A stretch of 64,000 nt of DNA from Acidimicrobiia bacterium. GTDB taxonomy: Bacteria > Actinomycetota > Acidimicrobiia > Acidimicrobiales > JANYDT01. Shown here piece by piece: positions 9,638 to 17,945 of the stretch. The stretch covers positions 7 to 64,006 of the forward strand of contig JANMZO010000301.1 in assembly GCA_031383405.1 (NCBI GenBank). The letters run 5' to 3'. The translations under genes were made by a program, and so were the position numbers. The number at the start of each line of letters is the position of its first letter. Positions within the stretch are counted from its first letter, which is position 1. Below the pieces are notes generated by a model that ran no database searches, was not told the DNA's origin, and saw only the letters and a program-made list of their open reading frames with translations.

Positions 9638-10486
9638 CTACGCGATCGCACCCAATATTCGCAAGAGGTGATCGGCCACTTCGGCGGGCTTCTCGAGGTG
9701 GACCATGTGGCCGGCGCCTTCGATGGTTGCGGAGGTGGAATGTGGCAGGGCTTGGCCCCACCGGGCGCGATAGGGATCGGGCGGCGTGAGCTTGTCTTGC
9801 GCACCCCACACGATTGTCGTGGGGGTCGTGCACCGGTAGAGCCGCTTGGACAGCCGACGGTTCGGGATCGGAAACAGGATTTTCCCGGCCATGCCGAGTT
9901 GACGGGCGTTGCGGACCTGAAAACGCTCGATTGCGTTTGGATCCTCGAAGTCAAGGCCTCGGGTCAGGAGTTCGGTGCCGAGGGCCTGGTCGACGAACAG
10001 CCACTCAGGCCACTCGAACGGCAGCATGATGAACATGTCGGGAATCGGGTGGGCGTCGTCCCAGAGACCGAGCGGGCTGAGCAGCACGAGGTGCGGCATC
10101 GACGTCGGGCTGAGGCACGCCATCTCCGCGGCGATCATTGCGCCCATGTCGTGAGCGACAACGATCGGTGCGGTGGTCCATTTGTACCGGACGGCGAGCT
10201 CTGCGATCAGGTCGGCCCCGTGCAAGGCGAAGTCGAGCATGTCCTGCAGAGCTTCCTCGCCTTCCTCCTCGCCGAATGATGGCCACACCGGTGCGTAGAC
10301 CGGATGGTTCGTGGACAGCGCGTCGAGAAGCGGCTCGTTGTCGAAGAGCCCGACCGTTCCGTGAAAGAACACGATCGGTACTCCGTTGGCATCAGCGTTC
10401 CGGGCGTCTCGCACGTGAACCTGACCGGTGAGACCCTTTCGGGTGGTGAGTGAGGTATGCGATGTTGTGATCGTCGAAGAAGTCAT
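9638..10486 (-). CDS. alpha/beta hydrolase fold protein
   Basis: 282 aa. VFFHGTVG oxyanion region and AHDMGA nucleophile-elbow-like motif. Confidence 0.7.
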   Translation of the reverse strand: MTSSTITTSHTSLTTRKGLTGQVHVRDARNADANGVPIVFFHGTVGLFDNEPLLDALSTNHPVYAPVWPSFGEEEGEEALQDMLDFALHGADLIAELAVRYKWTTAPIVVAHDMGAMIAAEMACLSPTSMPHLVLLSPLGLWDDAHPIPDMFIMLPFEWPEWLFVDQALGTELLTRGLDFEDPNAIERFQVRNARQLGMAGKILFPIPNRRLSKRLYRCTTPTTIVWGAQDKLTPPDPYRARWGQALPHSTSATIEGAGHMVHLEKPAEVADHLLRILGAIA

Positions 10487-10518
10487 CTGTGTACGTAGTT
10501 TCCCGGTGTGGTTTCGGC

Positions 10519-11781
10519 TCAGTGACCGAGTTCGGTGTCACGGAGGTGCTGGCCGAACTGTTCATCGGGGCGGACCCGGGTCTCGAGCGGTGAAATCCAC
10601 CAACGGTTGTCGGTGGCCCATTCCGGCCACATGTTCCGCAACTGGGGCATTACCTTCTCGGCAAACATGCGGCTGCTGTAGCGGACCTTCTCGTCGGGCA
10701 TGTTGCCGACCTGGAACAGCCCGAAGATGTGACCAACGCGAAGGGTCTTGATCATGTCTTCCATGCGCTCGCGAACCGTATCGGGACCACCTGCGATCAC
10801 GTAACCCTTCTCGACGAGATCCTTCCAGCTCAGTTCCGTATAGTTGCGCATGTTGCTGCGCCGGAGTTGGCTCAGCGCCCCGGCCTTGATCGTCTTCACG
10901 GTCCGGTAGCCGGGTGCGTCGGCGAAGCCGGGGTACACATGGAGGCAGCGGTTGTAGAAGTAGTCGACATGTTCGGCATACAACTCTTCGGCCTGCGCGT
11001 CGGACTCGGCCACACAGATCACCTGGGCGAATGCCGCCCGGTACGGCGAATCGTCTTTGCCTCGCTGGGCGACCCGCTCCCAGTAGCCGTCGAGCAGCAT
11101 CTTGCCGGCCATGTATCCGGAGTACGACAGATAGGAGTAGTTGTAGTCGTTGTCGAGACAGAAATCCCACGTTTCGATTGACCCGCCGCCCGGGATGTAG
11201 ATGGGCGGGTGCGGCTTTTGGATCGGCTTCGGCCAGCAGTTCACGTAGCGAAGTTGGTTGTACTTGCCATCGAATGCGAACGGTTCCGGTTCGGACCAGG
11301 CACGCATGATCAGCTCATGGTTCTCGGCGTACTTGTCACGGGTGAGGGCGGGGATCTGGCCGTACGCGTAGTTTGTGTCCATGGACGTACCGACCGGGAA
11401 CCCGGCGACGAGTCGGCCACCCGAAATGCAGTCGAGCATCGCAAACTCCTCGGCGACGCGAAGCGGCGGGTTGTACAGGGCGATCGAGTTGCCGATCACG
11501 CAGATGGCGGCCTTGCTCGTGCGCCGGGCCAATCCGGCGGCGATGATGTTCGGCGACGGCATGATGCCGTAGGCGTTCTGGTGGTGCTCGTTGACTCCGA
11601 TGCCGTCGAAGCCGAGCTCGTCGGCGTATTCGAGCTGATCCATGTACTCGTGGTACACCTGGTTGGCCCGGACGGGGTCGAACAGCTTCGAATCGATGTC
11701 GACCCACACCGAACGGTGCTCCTCACGGAAGTTCTCGGGCAGATCCGGCCACGGCATCAGATTGAACCACGTGAACTTCAT
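10519..11781 (-). CDS. LLM class flavin/F420-dependent oxidoreductase
   Basis: 420 aa. ...YADELGFDGIGVNEHHQNAYG... luciferase-like monooxygenase signature. Confidence 0.8.
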   Translation of the reverse strand: MKFTWFNLMPWPDLPENFREEHRSVWVDIDSKLFDPVRANQVYHEYMDQLEYADELGFDGIGVNEHHQNAYGIMPSPNIIAAGLARRTSKAAICVIGNSIALYNPPLRVAEEFAMLDCISGGRLVAGFPVGTSMDTNYAYGQIPALTRDKYAENHELIMRAWSEPEPFAFDGKYNQLRYVNCWPKPIQKPHPPIYIPGGGSIETWDFCLDNDYNYSYLSYSGYMAGKMLLDGYWERVAQRGKDDSPYRAAFAQVICVAESDAQAEELYAEHVDYFYNRCLHVYPGFADAPGYRTVKTIKAGALSQLRRSNMRNYTELSWKDLVEKGYVIAGGPDTVRERMEDMIKTLRVGHIFGLFQVGNMPDEKVRYSSRMFAEKVMPQLRNMWPEWATDNRWWISPLETRVRPDEQFGQHLRDTELGH

Positions 11782-11995
11782 GTATCCCCCTCGTTCGGCC
11801 GGCCGATCGATGGCCCGCCTGACTCGGGTGTAACGATACCTCGCTGGTGGAGGGCGGGGCCAGACGGTGAATCCGAACTCCCCTCAATGTTGTTGGGCGC
11901 GCGCGTTGGGATGCGGCGTAACGCTTTGCGACGCGACGGTTACGCGAACCTGGTGGTGATGATGCGGCCGAGGCGTTCGTGAGCCGACCGCCGGA

Positions 11996-13693
11996 CTAAC
12001 CGAGGATCGTGACCGTACCTGTCGACCCGTCAACGCGAACGAGAGCACCGTTGGGGATCCGTCGGGTGCCGTTGTGCGTTCCGACCACGGTTGGGAAGCC
12101 CATCTCTCGGCCCATGATCGCCGCGTGTGACGCAAAGCTGCCGTGATCGGTCACGATCGCACCGACCACGTGAAGGAACGAGTTGAACGATTCGCCGGTC
12201 GCCGTCGTCACGAGCACATCACCATCTTCGAGAGTCAGCAGGTCGTCGAAGTTACGCACGATCCGGGCCGGTCCTTCGTAGATTCCTGCACTGCCGCCGA
12301 TGCCGATCACCGTGTCCACATCGTCGGAGGGGGTGGCGATCTGGCCTGATACCCCGCTCAGGACAAATCCGAACGCGCCCATGACCCGGGCCAGAGGAGC
12401 CGGGAGCTGGTCGAGCGGCGGAGGCGGGGTGGCGTCGGGTCCGAGCGAGTGCGGGGCGCCGGCCGCGCTCCGGGCTTTCCTGAGCGCCACGCGGGCCGAG
12501 AGTTCTTGGGCGGTCGGCGAGGATGCCCCGTCAAGCAGCGCGTCGATCTCACCGGCGGTCAGGTCAAGCGTGTCGTACATGAAGTTGATCCGCTTTTCAT
12601 CGTGCAGCCTGCGGCCCAATTCGATCAGCGCCAGGCGAAGGATTCCCACGGCTGATGCATCGCTGTAGAGTCCGCGTTCATCGCGCAGTCGGTACATCAT
12701 GCGTGCCTCGTGAAGCTTCCCGTCGAAGTCCGCCCGGTGTTCTTCGGGTACTGCGGCACGGAGTTCCTGGGCGAGAGCTTCAGCTCGGGCTTTTGAACCG
12801 TCGGTGTCATGGGCGATTGCCGCGAAGAGCCTTCCGAGCACGATGTCGGGTCGTTCGATGACGGTGGGGTTGGTGAGGTCAAATCCCGCGGCGATGCGGT
12901 ATCCGACCGAGCGGACATACTCGTCGACCTCCGGAACCAGCGACCTGAGTTCAGTCAGCCGTTGCGCCGCCGGCCGGTCCCCGTTAAGAAGTTCTTGCGC
13001 GTCGAGGTTGGCCTTGAGCGCCCTCACTGCCGGCTCGATTTCAGGGTTCATGATGCTCGACACCGGTGACCAACCATCGAATACGGCAAAGAGCGGGGAC
13101 GGTGGCCGGTCGGTCCAGGCCGAGGCATGAAGCACGAAGTCTCCAACGGGTACCATCGTCATCAGATTGAAACGGTGGTGCTGAAACCACATCGCCCCGA
13201 GATGTTCGATGCACTCGTTAAGGTGCGAACGCAGTCCTTCGGTATCGAGCGCGCTTAGCTCCACCGAGGAAAGGGTGAGGTGCCTGGCGATCGACTGCGG
13301 TTTGATTTCATCGTCCCATAGACGAAGGGTGTCGCGCCATATCCGCTTTTCGAAGGCCTGCTCGGCGACGGCGCTACGACGACCTATCTCGGCGACGATG
13401 TAGTCCATCGAGCGGGGGCCCTCGGGACCGGGCGCGTCAAAGGGAATCGGCTGCGCGTAAGGAAAACCGTTGACGAACTCCATGGAGACGGTGTCGAGCA
13501 AGACTCCGAACGGGGCCACCGTTTCGGCGAATCCCCTGGCAAAGGCCGCTGGATAGACCTCCTGCAGAAGTGGTGTGACGGCATTCGGAAGGTGGGCCCG
13601 GTCCTGATTCCAGGTGCCCGGACCGGGCGGGGTCCACGTCGTTGGTGTGATCGTTGGTGTAACCGTCGACTGATCGTGATCAGGGTCGAGCAT
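11996..13693 (-). CDS. PEP-utilizing enzyme mobile (swivel His) domain protein
   Basis: 565 aa. C-terminus VLVTTATGESFNSFLHVVGAIVTDHGSFASHAAIMGREMGFPTVVG matches the phosphohistidine swivel domain of the PEP-utilizing / rifampicin phosphotransferase family. I recognise no function for the N-terminal 400 aa. Confidence 0.7.
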   Translation of the reverse strand: MLDPDHDQSTVTPTITPTTWTPPGPGTWNQDRAHLPNAVTPLLQEVYPAAFARGFAETVAPFGVLLDTVSMEFVNGFPYAQPIPFDAPGPEGPRSMDYIVAEIGRRSAVAEQAFEKRIWRDTLRLWDDEIKPQSIARHLTLSSVELSALDTEGLRSHLNECIEHLGAMWFQHHRFNLMTMVPVGDFVLHASAWTDRPPSPLFAVFDGWSPVSSIMNPEIEPAVRALKANLDAQELLNGDRPAAQRLTELRSLVPEVDEYVRSVGYRIAAGFDLTNPTVIERPDIVLGRLFAAIAHDTDGSKARAEALAQELRAAVPEEHRADFDGKLHEARMMYRLRDERGLYSDASAVGILRLALIELGRRLHDEKRINFMYDTLDLTAGEIDALLDGASSPTAQELSARVALRKARSAAGAPHSLGPDATPPPPLDQLPAPLARVMGAFGFVLSGVSGQIATPSDDVDTVIGIGGSAGIYEGPARIVRNFDDLLTLEDGDVLVTTATGESFNSFLHVVGAIVTDHGSFASHAAIMGREMGFPTVVGTHNGTRRIPNGALVRVDGSTGTVTILG

Positions 13694-13802
13694 GGCAATC
13701 CCTTTCGCTGATACCCGCCAATTCGGCCAGGCACTGGTGTGATCGTGACATCCTCACGTCGGCTTGTCTGTGACGCAGATCACACTCGTCCAAACCAGTC
13801 TC

Positions 13803-14603
13803 TCAACGCCGACGACGCGCGACGACGAACACCCGGCGGAACGGGAAAGGTGTGCCGTATGTACGGGAGGGGTACGCATCACGCAGAAGCGGGGCGAGTT
13901 CGGCGCAGAAGGCATCCCTTGATTCCTGGCTCGGGAGGGCATCGAACACAGGTCGAAGGGCGGTGCCCTTGACCCATTCGAGAACCGGGTCCTCGCCGCT
14001 CAGTATGTGCACATAGGTTGTTTCCCATGCGTCGACCTCGTACCCCAAGGACGCGAGCTTGTCGGTGTACGCGACCGCGGGCCGCGATTCGTGGGTCCGC
14101 TCGGGAAGGTCCCGTAGCGACGGGAGGCCCGACCACCGTGGTCTGCCCCGCACGGCTCGGATGGCCGAGTGGTGCGGATCGTCGAGGTTGCCCGGAACCT
14201 GGAAAGCCAGTGAGCCGCCGGGAACCACGTGGTCGAGGAGCTCGGGCAGGAGTTCGATGTGGTTGGGTACCCACTGCAGAGCGGCGTTCGACATGATGAT
14301 GTCCACGGGTTCCTTGGGGCGCCACGTTGCGATGTCACCTGCCTCGAACCGGAGGCCGTGCGTTTCGGACGATACGTTCGTGGTTGCGAGCAATCCGGCG
14401 GAAGCAAGCATCGCCGTATCGTTATCGATGCCGCAAACATGAGCCTCCGGCCATCGTTGCGCCAAGGTCGCCGTGAGATTGCCCGGACCACATCCGAGGT
14501 CGACGACACTCCTGGGTGTGTCGGTGCGGATTCGGTCGACAAGTTCGAAGAAGGGTCGGGAACGTTCATCTGCATACCGCGCGTACTGCTCGGGATTCCA
14601 CAT
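13803..14603 (-). CDS. tam: trans-aconitate 2-methyltransferase-like SAM methyltransferase
   Basis: The ORF track starts at 14630, but MWNPEQYARYADERSRPFFELV (ATG 14603-14601) is the typical Tam N-terminus. SAM motif VDLGCGPGNLT. Confidence 0.82.
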   Translation of the reverse strand: MWNPEQYARYADERSRPFFELVDRIRTDTPRSVVDLGCGPGNLTATLAQRWPEAHVCGIDNDTAMLASAGLLATTNVSSETHGLRFEAGDIATWRPKEPVDIIMSNAALQWVPNHIELLPELLDHVVPGGSLAFQVPGNLDDPHHSAIRAVRGRPRWSGLPSLRDLPERTHESRPAVAYTDKLASLGYEVDAWETTYVHILSGEDPVLEWVKGTALRPVFDALPSQESRDAFCAELAPLLRDAYPSRTYGTPFPFRRVFVVARRRR

Positions 14604-14610
14604 TGGAGCA

Positions 14611-14638
14611 ATAATACAAGTTAAATACAAGTTTGCAA
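14611..14638 (-). promoter_or_regulatory. candidate promoter of tam (near-leaderless)
   Basis: An AT-rich island in a GC-rich context. On the minus strand: TTGCAA (14638-14633), a 16-nt spacer, TATTAT (14616-11), then 7 nt to the ATG. It also contains the direct repeat ATACAAGTT twice. Confidence 0.35.
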
Positions 14639-14654
14639 GCGGGGTGCGCCGATG

Positions 14655-15611
14655 TCAGAGATTCTTCAGGAGTTCGGCGGCCGCCTGAGTGGGCGTGAGC
14701 GAGCCGCGTTCGACATCGTGCAGGAGCTCGCGGGCCCGTTCGTTTGCACGCATATGGTCGATGATCTGTTCGCGTACTTCGTCCCAGAACCAAGACCGGT
14801 CCTGACCGGTTCTCCGCTCGGTGAGTTCGCCCGACATGAGGCGTGCCTCACGAAGTTCGACGAGCGTGTCCCACAGTTCGACGATCCCCAGACCGGTCAG
14901 TGCGCTTGATGCAATGGCCTTCGGAGTCCAGCTCCGCGACGTCGGACGCATCAAACGTAGCGCCGATGAATACTCGGCCATAGTCGAGCGGGCCTGAACT
15001 TCCAGACCGCCATCGCATTTGTTCACCACGATCACATCCGCCAACTCCATGATTCCCCGCTTGACACCCTGCAGTTCATCGCCGCCCGCCGGAGCCACCA
15101 GCAACACGAAGGCGTCGGACATCCCGGCCACGGTGGTTTCCGACTGACCTACTCCGACCGTTTCGACAAGGATCACGTCGAAGCCGGCGGCATCGCACAG
15201 CAGCATCACCTCTCGCGTTCGGCGGGCGACGCCGCCCAGAGTTCCGCGGGCCGGGGACGGTCGTATGTACGCTGACGGATTCCGCGACAACTCGGCCATG
15301 CGGGTCTTGTCTCCGAGGATGGAACCTCCGGTTCGCGATGAACTCGGATCGACTGCCAACACGGCCACCCGTAGCGAACGGTCGTTGCATAGGTGGAGTC
15401 CGAACGCTTCGATCAACGTCGACTTTCCCACCCCCGGAGTACCGGTGATACCCACCCGAAACGCCCGCCCCCGATGCTCCCGAAGTTCGGCGAGAAGCGC
15501 GTCGGCCTGCTGGCGGTGATCGGCGCGGGTCGACTCGACGAGGGTGATCGCGCGAGCCAGAGCACGTCGGTCCCCGGCCAGGATGGCCGAAGCGGCAGCG
15601 GAGTGGGTCAC
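14655..15611 (-). CDS. meaB: methylmalonyl-CoA mutase-associated GTPase MeaB (ArgK)
   Basis: 318 aa with a GTG start. GDRRALARAITLVES and P-loop GTPGVGKSTLIEAF. Immediately downstream of the mutase gene. Confidence 0.93.
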   Translation of the reverse strand: MTHSAAASAILAGDRRALARAITLVESTRADHRQQADALLAELREHRGRAFRVGITGTPGVGKSTLIEAFGLHLCNDRSLRVAVLAVDPSSSRTGGSILGDKTRMAELSRNPSAYIRPSPARGTLGGVARRTREVMLLCDAAGFDVILVETVGVGQSETTVAGMSDAFVLLVAPAGGDELQGVKRGIMELADVIVVNKCDGGLEVQARSTMAEYSSALRLMRPTSRSWTPKAIASSALTGLGIVELWDTLVELREARLMSGELTERRTGQDRSWFWDEVREQIIDHMRANERARELLHDVERGSLTPTQAAAELLKNL

Positions 15612-15614
15612 GGA

Positions 15615-15666
15615 GAAAGGCTACGTGGAAAGGCTACGTGGAAAGGCTACGTGGAAAGGTTACGTG
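15615..15666. repeat. 13-bp tandem repeat x4 at the mutase/meaB junction
   Basis: gaaaggctacgtg x3 followed by gaaaggttacgtg. The last unit contains the mutase stop codon (TAA, 15662-15660). The array fills the whole intergenic gap up to the meaB GTG (15611). Confidence 0.95.
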
Positions 15667-17810
15667 GCGGCCCGGGCCGAGCGGAGGAGTCCGAGGATCT
15701 CCGCCGCTGCGTTGGGGATGTTCGTTCCCGGTCCGTAGATCCCGCTGACACCGGCAGCCCGCAGAAAGTCGTAGTCCTGGGCCGGGATGACGCCACCGCA
15801 GACAACGAGCACGTCGTTCGCGCCGGCATTCGTAAGTTCACGTATTAACTCCGGAACAAGGGTCTTGTGGCCGGCTGCCTGGCTCGACACGCCGACGATG
15901 TGAACATCGTTTTCCATTGCATCTCGGGCGACCTCAGCCGGCGTCTGGAACAACGGAGCGACATCGACGTCGAAGCCGATGTCGGCGAACGCCGTGGCAA
16001 TGACCTTCGCACCACGGTCGTGTCCGTCCTGCCCCATCTTCGCCACCAGCATTCGTGGGCGGCGACCTTCCTCTTCGGCGAACCTCGCAACATCGGCGAC
16101 GATGGCCTCGAATGCCCTGTCGTCTTTGTAGGCCGCACCGTAGACACCGCTGATCGAGCGGACCTCGGCCTTGTGGCGGCCGAACACCACCTCAAGAGCA
16201 TCCGATATCTCGCCAACCGTTGCCCGGACACGCGTTGCGTCCACGGCGAGCGCCAACAGGTTTCCCTTGCCGCGAGCGCCTTCTGTAAGAGCCGCAAGGG
16301 CATCCGCGACCGCAGCGCCGTCCCGGGTTGCCTTGATGCGGTTGAGGCGGGCGATCTGGGATTCACGGACCTTGGCATTGTCAACGTCGAGGATGTCGAT
16401 GGCGTCCTCCTCTGCCAACCGGTACTTGTTCACGCCGACGATGGTGTCCTCGCCCCGATCGACCCGGGCCTGACGGCGCGCCGCGGAATCTTCGATGCGG
16501 AGCTTCGGCATGCCCGTTTCCACCGCCTTGGTCATGCCGCCCAGGCCCTCCACCTCGGTGATGATCTTCCACGCTTCGCTCGCCAGGGAATGGGTCAGCG
16601 ACTCGATGTAGTAGCTACCACCGAGCGGGTCGACCACGTTGGTGACACCAGTTTCCTCAGCGATGATCAGCTGCGTGTTACGTGCGATGCGCGCAGAGAA
16701 TTCGGTCGGGAGCGCAATGGCCTCGTCGAAGGAATTCGTATGCAGACTTTGGGTTCCACCGAGCACGGCAGCCATGGCCTCGATTGTGGTGCGGACGACA
16801 TTGTTCATCGGGTCCTGCTCGGTCAGGCTCACTCCGCTGGTCTGGCAGTGCGTCCGCAGCATCAGCGAACCCGCCTTCTTGGCACCGAAGTCTTTCATCA
16901 CCTTCGACCACAGGAGGCGGGCGGCCCGCAACTTCGCAACTTCCATGAAGAAGTTCATGCCTATGCAGAAGAAAAAGCTCAATCGCCCAGCGAAATCATC
17001 GACGTCCATGCCGTTCGCGGTAGCCGCCCGCACGTACTCCATCCCGTCAGCGATCGTGAACGCCAGCTCCTGTACACACGTCGCCCCCGCCTCCTGCATG
17101 TGATAGCCCGAGATGGAGATCGAGTTGAACGACGGCATGTTGGCCGATGTGTAGCTGATGATGTCGGCGATGATCCGCATACTTGGTGCGGGCGGATAGA
17201 TATAGGTGTTGCGGACCATGAACTCTTTGAGGATGTCGTTCTGAATCGTGCCGCTCAGCTTGTCGGGCGATACCCCCTGCTCCTCGGCTGCCACGATGTA
17301 GCCGGCCAACACGGGGAGCACCGCCCCGTTCATGGTCATCGATACGCTCATCTTGTCGAGTGGGATACCGTCGAAGAGGATCTTCATGTCTTCGATCGAG
17401 TCAATCGCTACGCCGGCCTTGCCGACATCGCCCGTCACCCGGGGGTGATCGGAGTCGTAACCCCGGTGCGTCGCGAGGTCGAACGCCACGCTGATGCCCT
17501 GCTGTCCGGCCGCAAGATTCTTGCGGTAGAACGCGTTCGAATCCTCGGCGGTGGAAAAGCCCGCGTACTGTCGAATCGTCCACGGACGGTTCGTGTACAT
17601 CGTGGCCCGCACACCGCGAAGGTACGGTGCGACGCCGGGTAACGTGTCGACCGTCTCCAATGCTTCCAGGTCACCGGCGGTGTACACCGCCTTGACCGGG
17701 ATGCCTTCCGGGGTGTGCCAGGTAAGGGCATCGGTACTGCTGACCTTGGCCTCCTTGGAAGCGAGTGATTCCCAGTCGGCGAGTTGCGGGGTTGGAAAGT
17801 CGTTGAGCAT
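15660..17810 (-). CDS. scpA: methylmalonyl-CoA mutase, large (catalytic + B12-binding) subunit
   Basis: Start moved to [14 protein letters not shown] (ATG 17810-17808). The 37-codon upstream extension in the track crosses a hairpin repeat. Typical MCM sequence, including the C-terminal B12 motif [11 protein letters not shown]. Confidence 0.93.
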   Translation of the reverse strand: MLNDFPTPQLADWESLASKEAKVSSTDALTWHTPEGIPVKAVYTAGDLEALETVDTLPGVAPYLRGVRATMYTNRPWTIRQYAGFSTAEDSNAFYRKNLAAGQQGISVAFDLATHRGYDSDHPRVTGDVGKAGVAIDSIEDMKILFDGIPLDKMSVSMTMNGAVLPVLAGYIVAAEEQGVSPDKLSGTIQNDILKEFMVRNTYIYPPAPSMRIIADIISYTSANMPSFNSISISGYHMQEAGATCVQELAFTIADGMEYVRAATANGMDVDDFAGRLSFFFCIGMNFFMEVAKLRAARLLWSKVMKDFGAKKAGSLMLRTHCQTSGVSLTEQDPMNNVVRTTIEAMAAVLGGTQSLHTNSFDEAIALPTEFSARIARNTQLIIAEETGVTNVVDPLGGSYYIESLTHSLASEAWKIITEVEGLGGMTKAVETGMPKLRIEDSAARRQARVDRGEDTIVGVNKYRLAEEDAIDILDVDNAKVRESQIARLNRIKATRDGAAVADALAALTEGARGKGNLLALAVDATRVRATVGEISDALEVVFGRHKAEVRSISGVYGAAYKDDRAFEAIVADVARFAEEEGRRPRMLVAKMGQDGHDRGAKVIATAFADIGFDVDVAPLFQTPAEVARDAMENDVHIVGVSSQAAGHKTLVPELIRELTNAGANDVLVVCGGVIPAQDYDFLRAAGVSGIYGPGTNIPNAAAEILGLLRSARAAT

Positions 17811-17850
17811 CCCGGCGAGCCTAACGCTGCTGTTGCAGCATGCGGAGGCC

Positions 17851-17894
17851 TTTGGGGATGGTTTCGGCGTGCGGGCCGCAAGAACCATCCCCAC
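17851..17894. repeat. palindromic hairpin element, copy 2
   Basis: tttggggatggtttcggcgtgcgggccgcaagaaccatccccac. It lies between the stop of the 904-aa PIG-L gene (17946) and the mutase start (17810). Near-identical arms to the copy at 38254. Confidence 0.85.
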
Positions 17895-17945
17895 CGACTC
17901 CGAGCTGGCGGCGTGGCTCACGCAGCGACCGGGCCGGGTGTTCGA

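Noticed and set aside
15867-17642. 591-aa ORF antisense to methylmalonyl-CoA mutase. Similar long antisense ORFs: 27392-29128, 29162-30682, 30745-31950, 31814-33439, 33502-34419, 53005-53994 and 54007-55038.
   Set aside because: Each fully overlaps a confidently identified gene on the other strand. Their composition (Arg/His/Gly/Asp-rich with no recognisable motifs) is typical of stop-poor antisense frames in GC-rich DNA.
17811-17921. 37-codon N-terminal extension of the mutase ORF ([25 protein letters not shown]...).
   Set aside because: The extension runs through the palindromic hairpin element. The canonical mutase N-terminus begins at MLNDFP.
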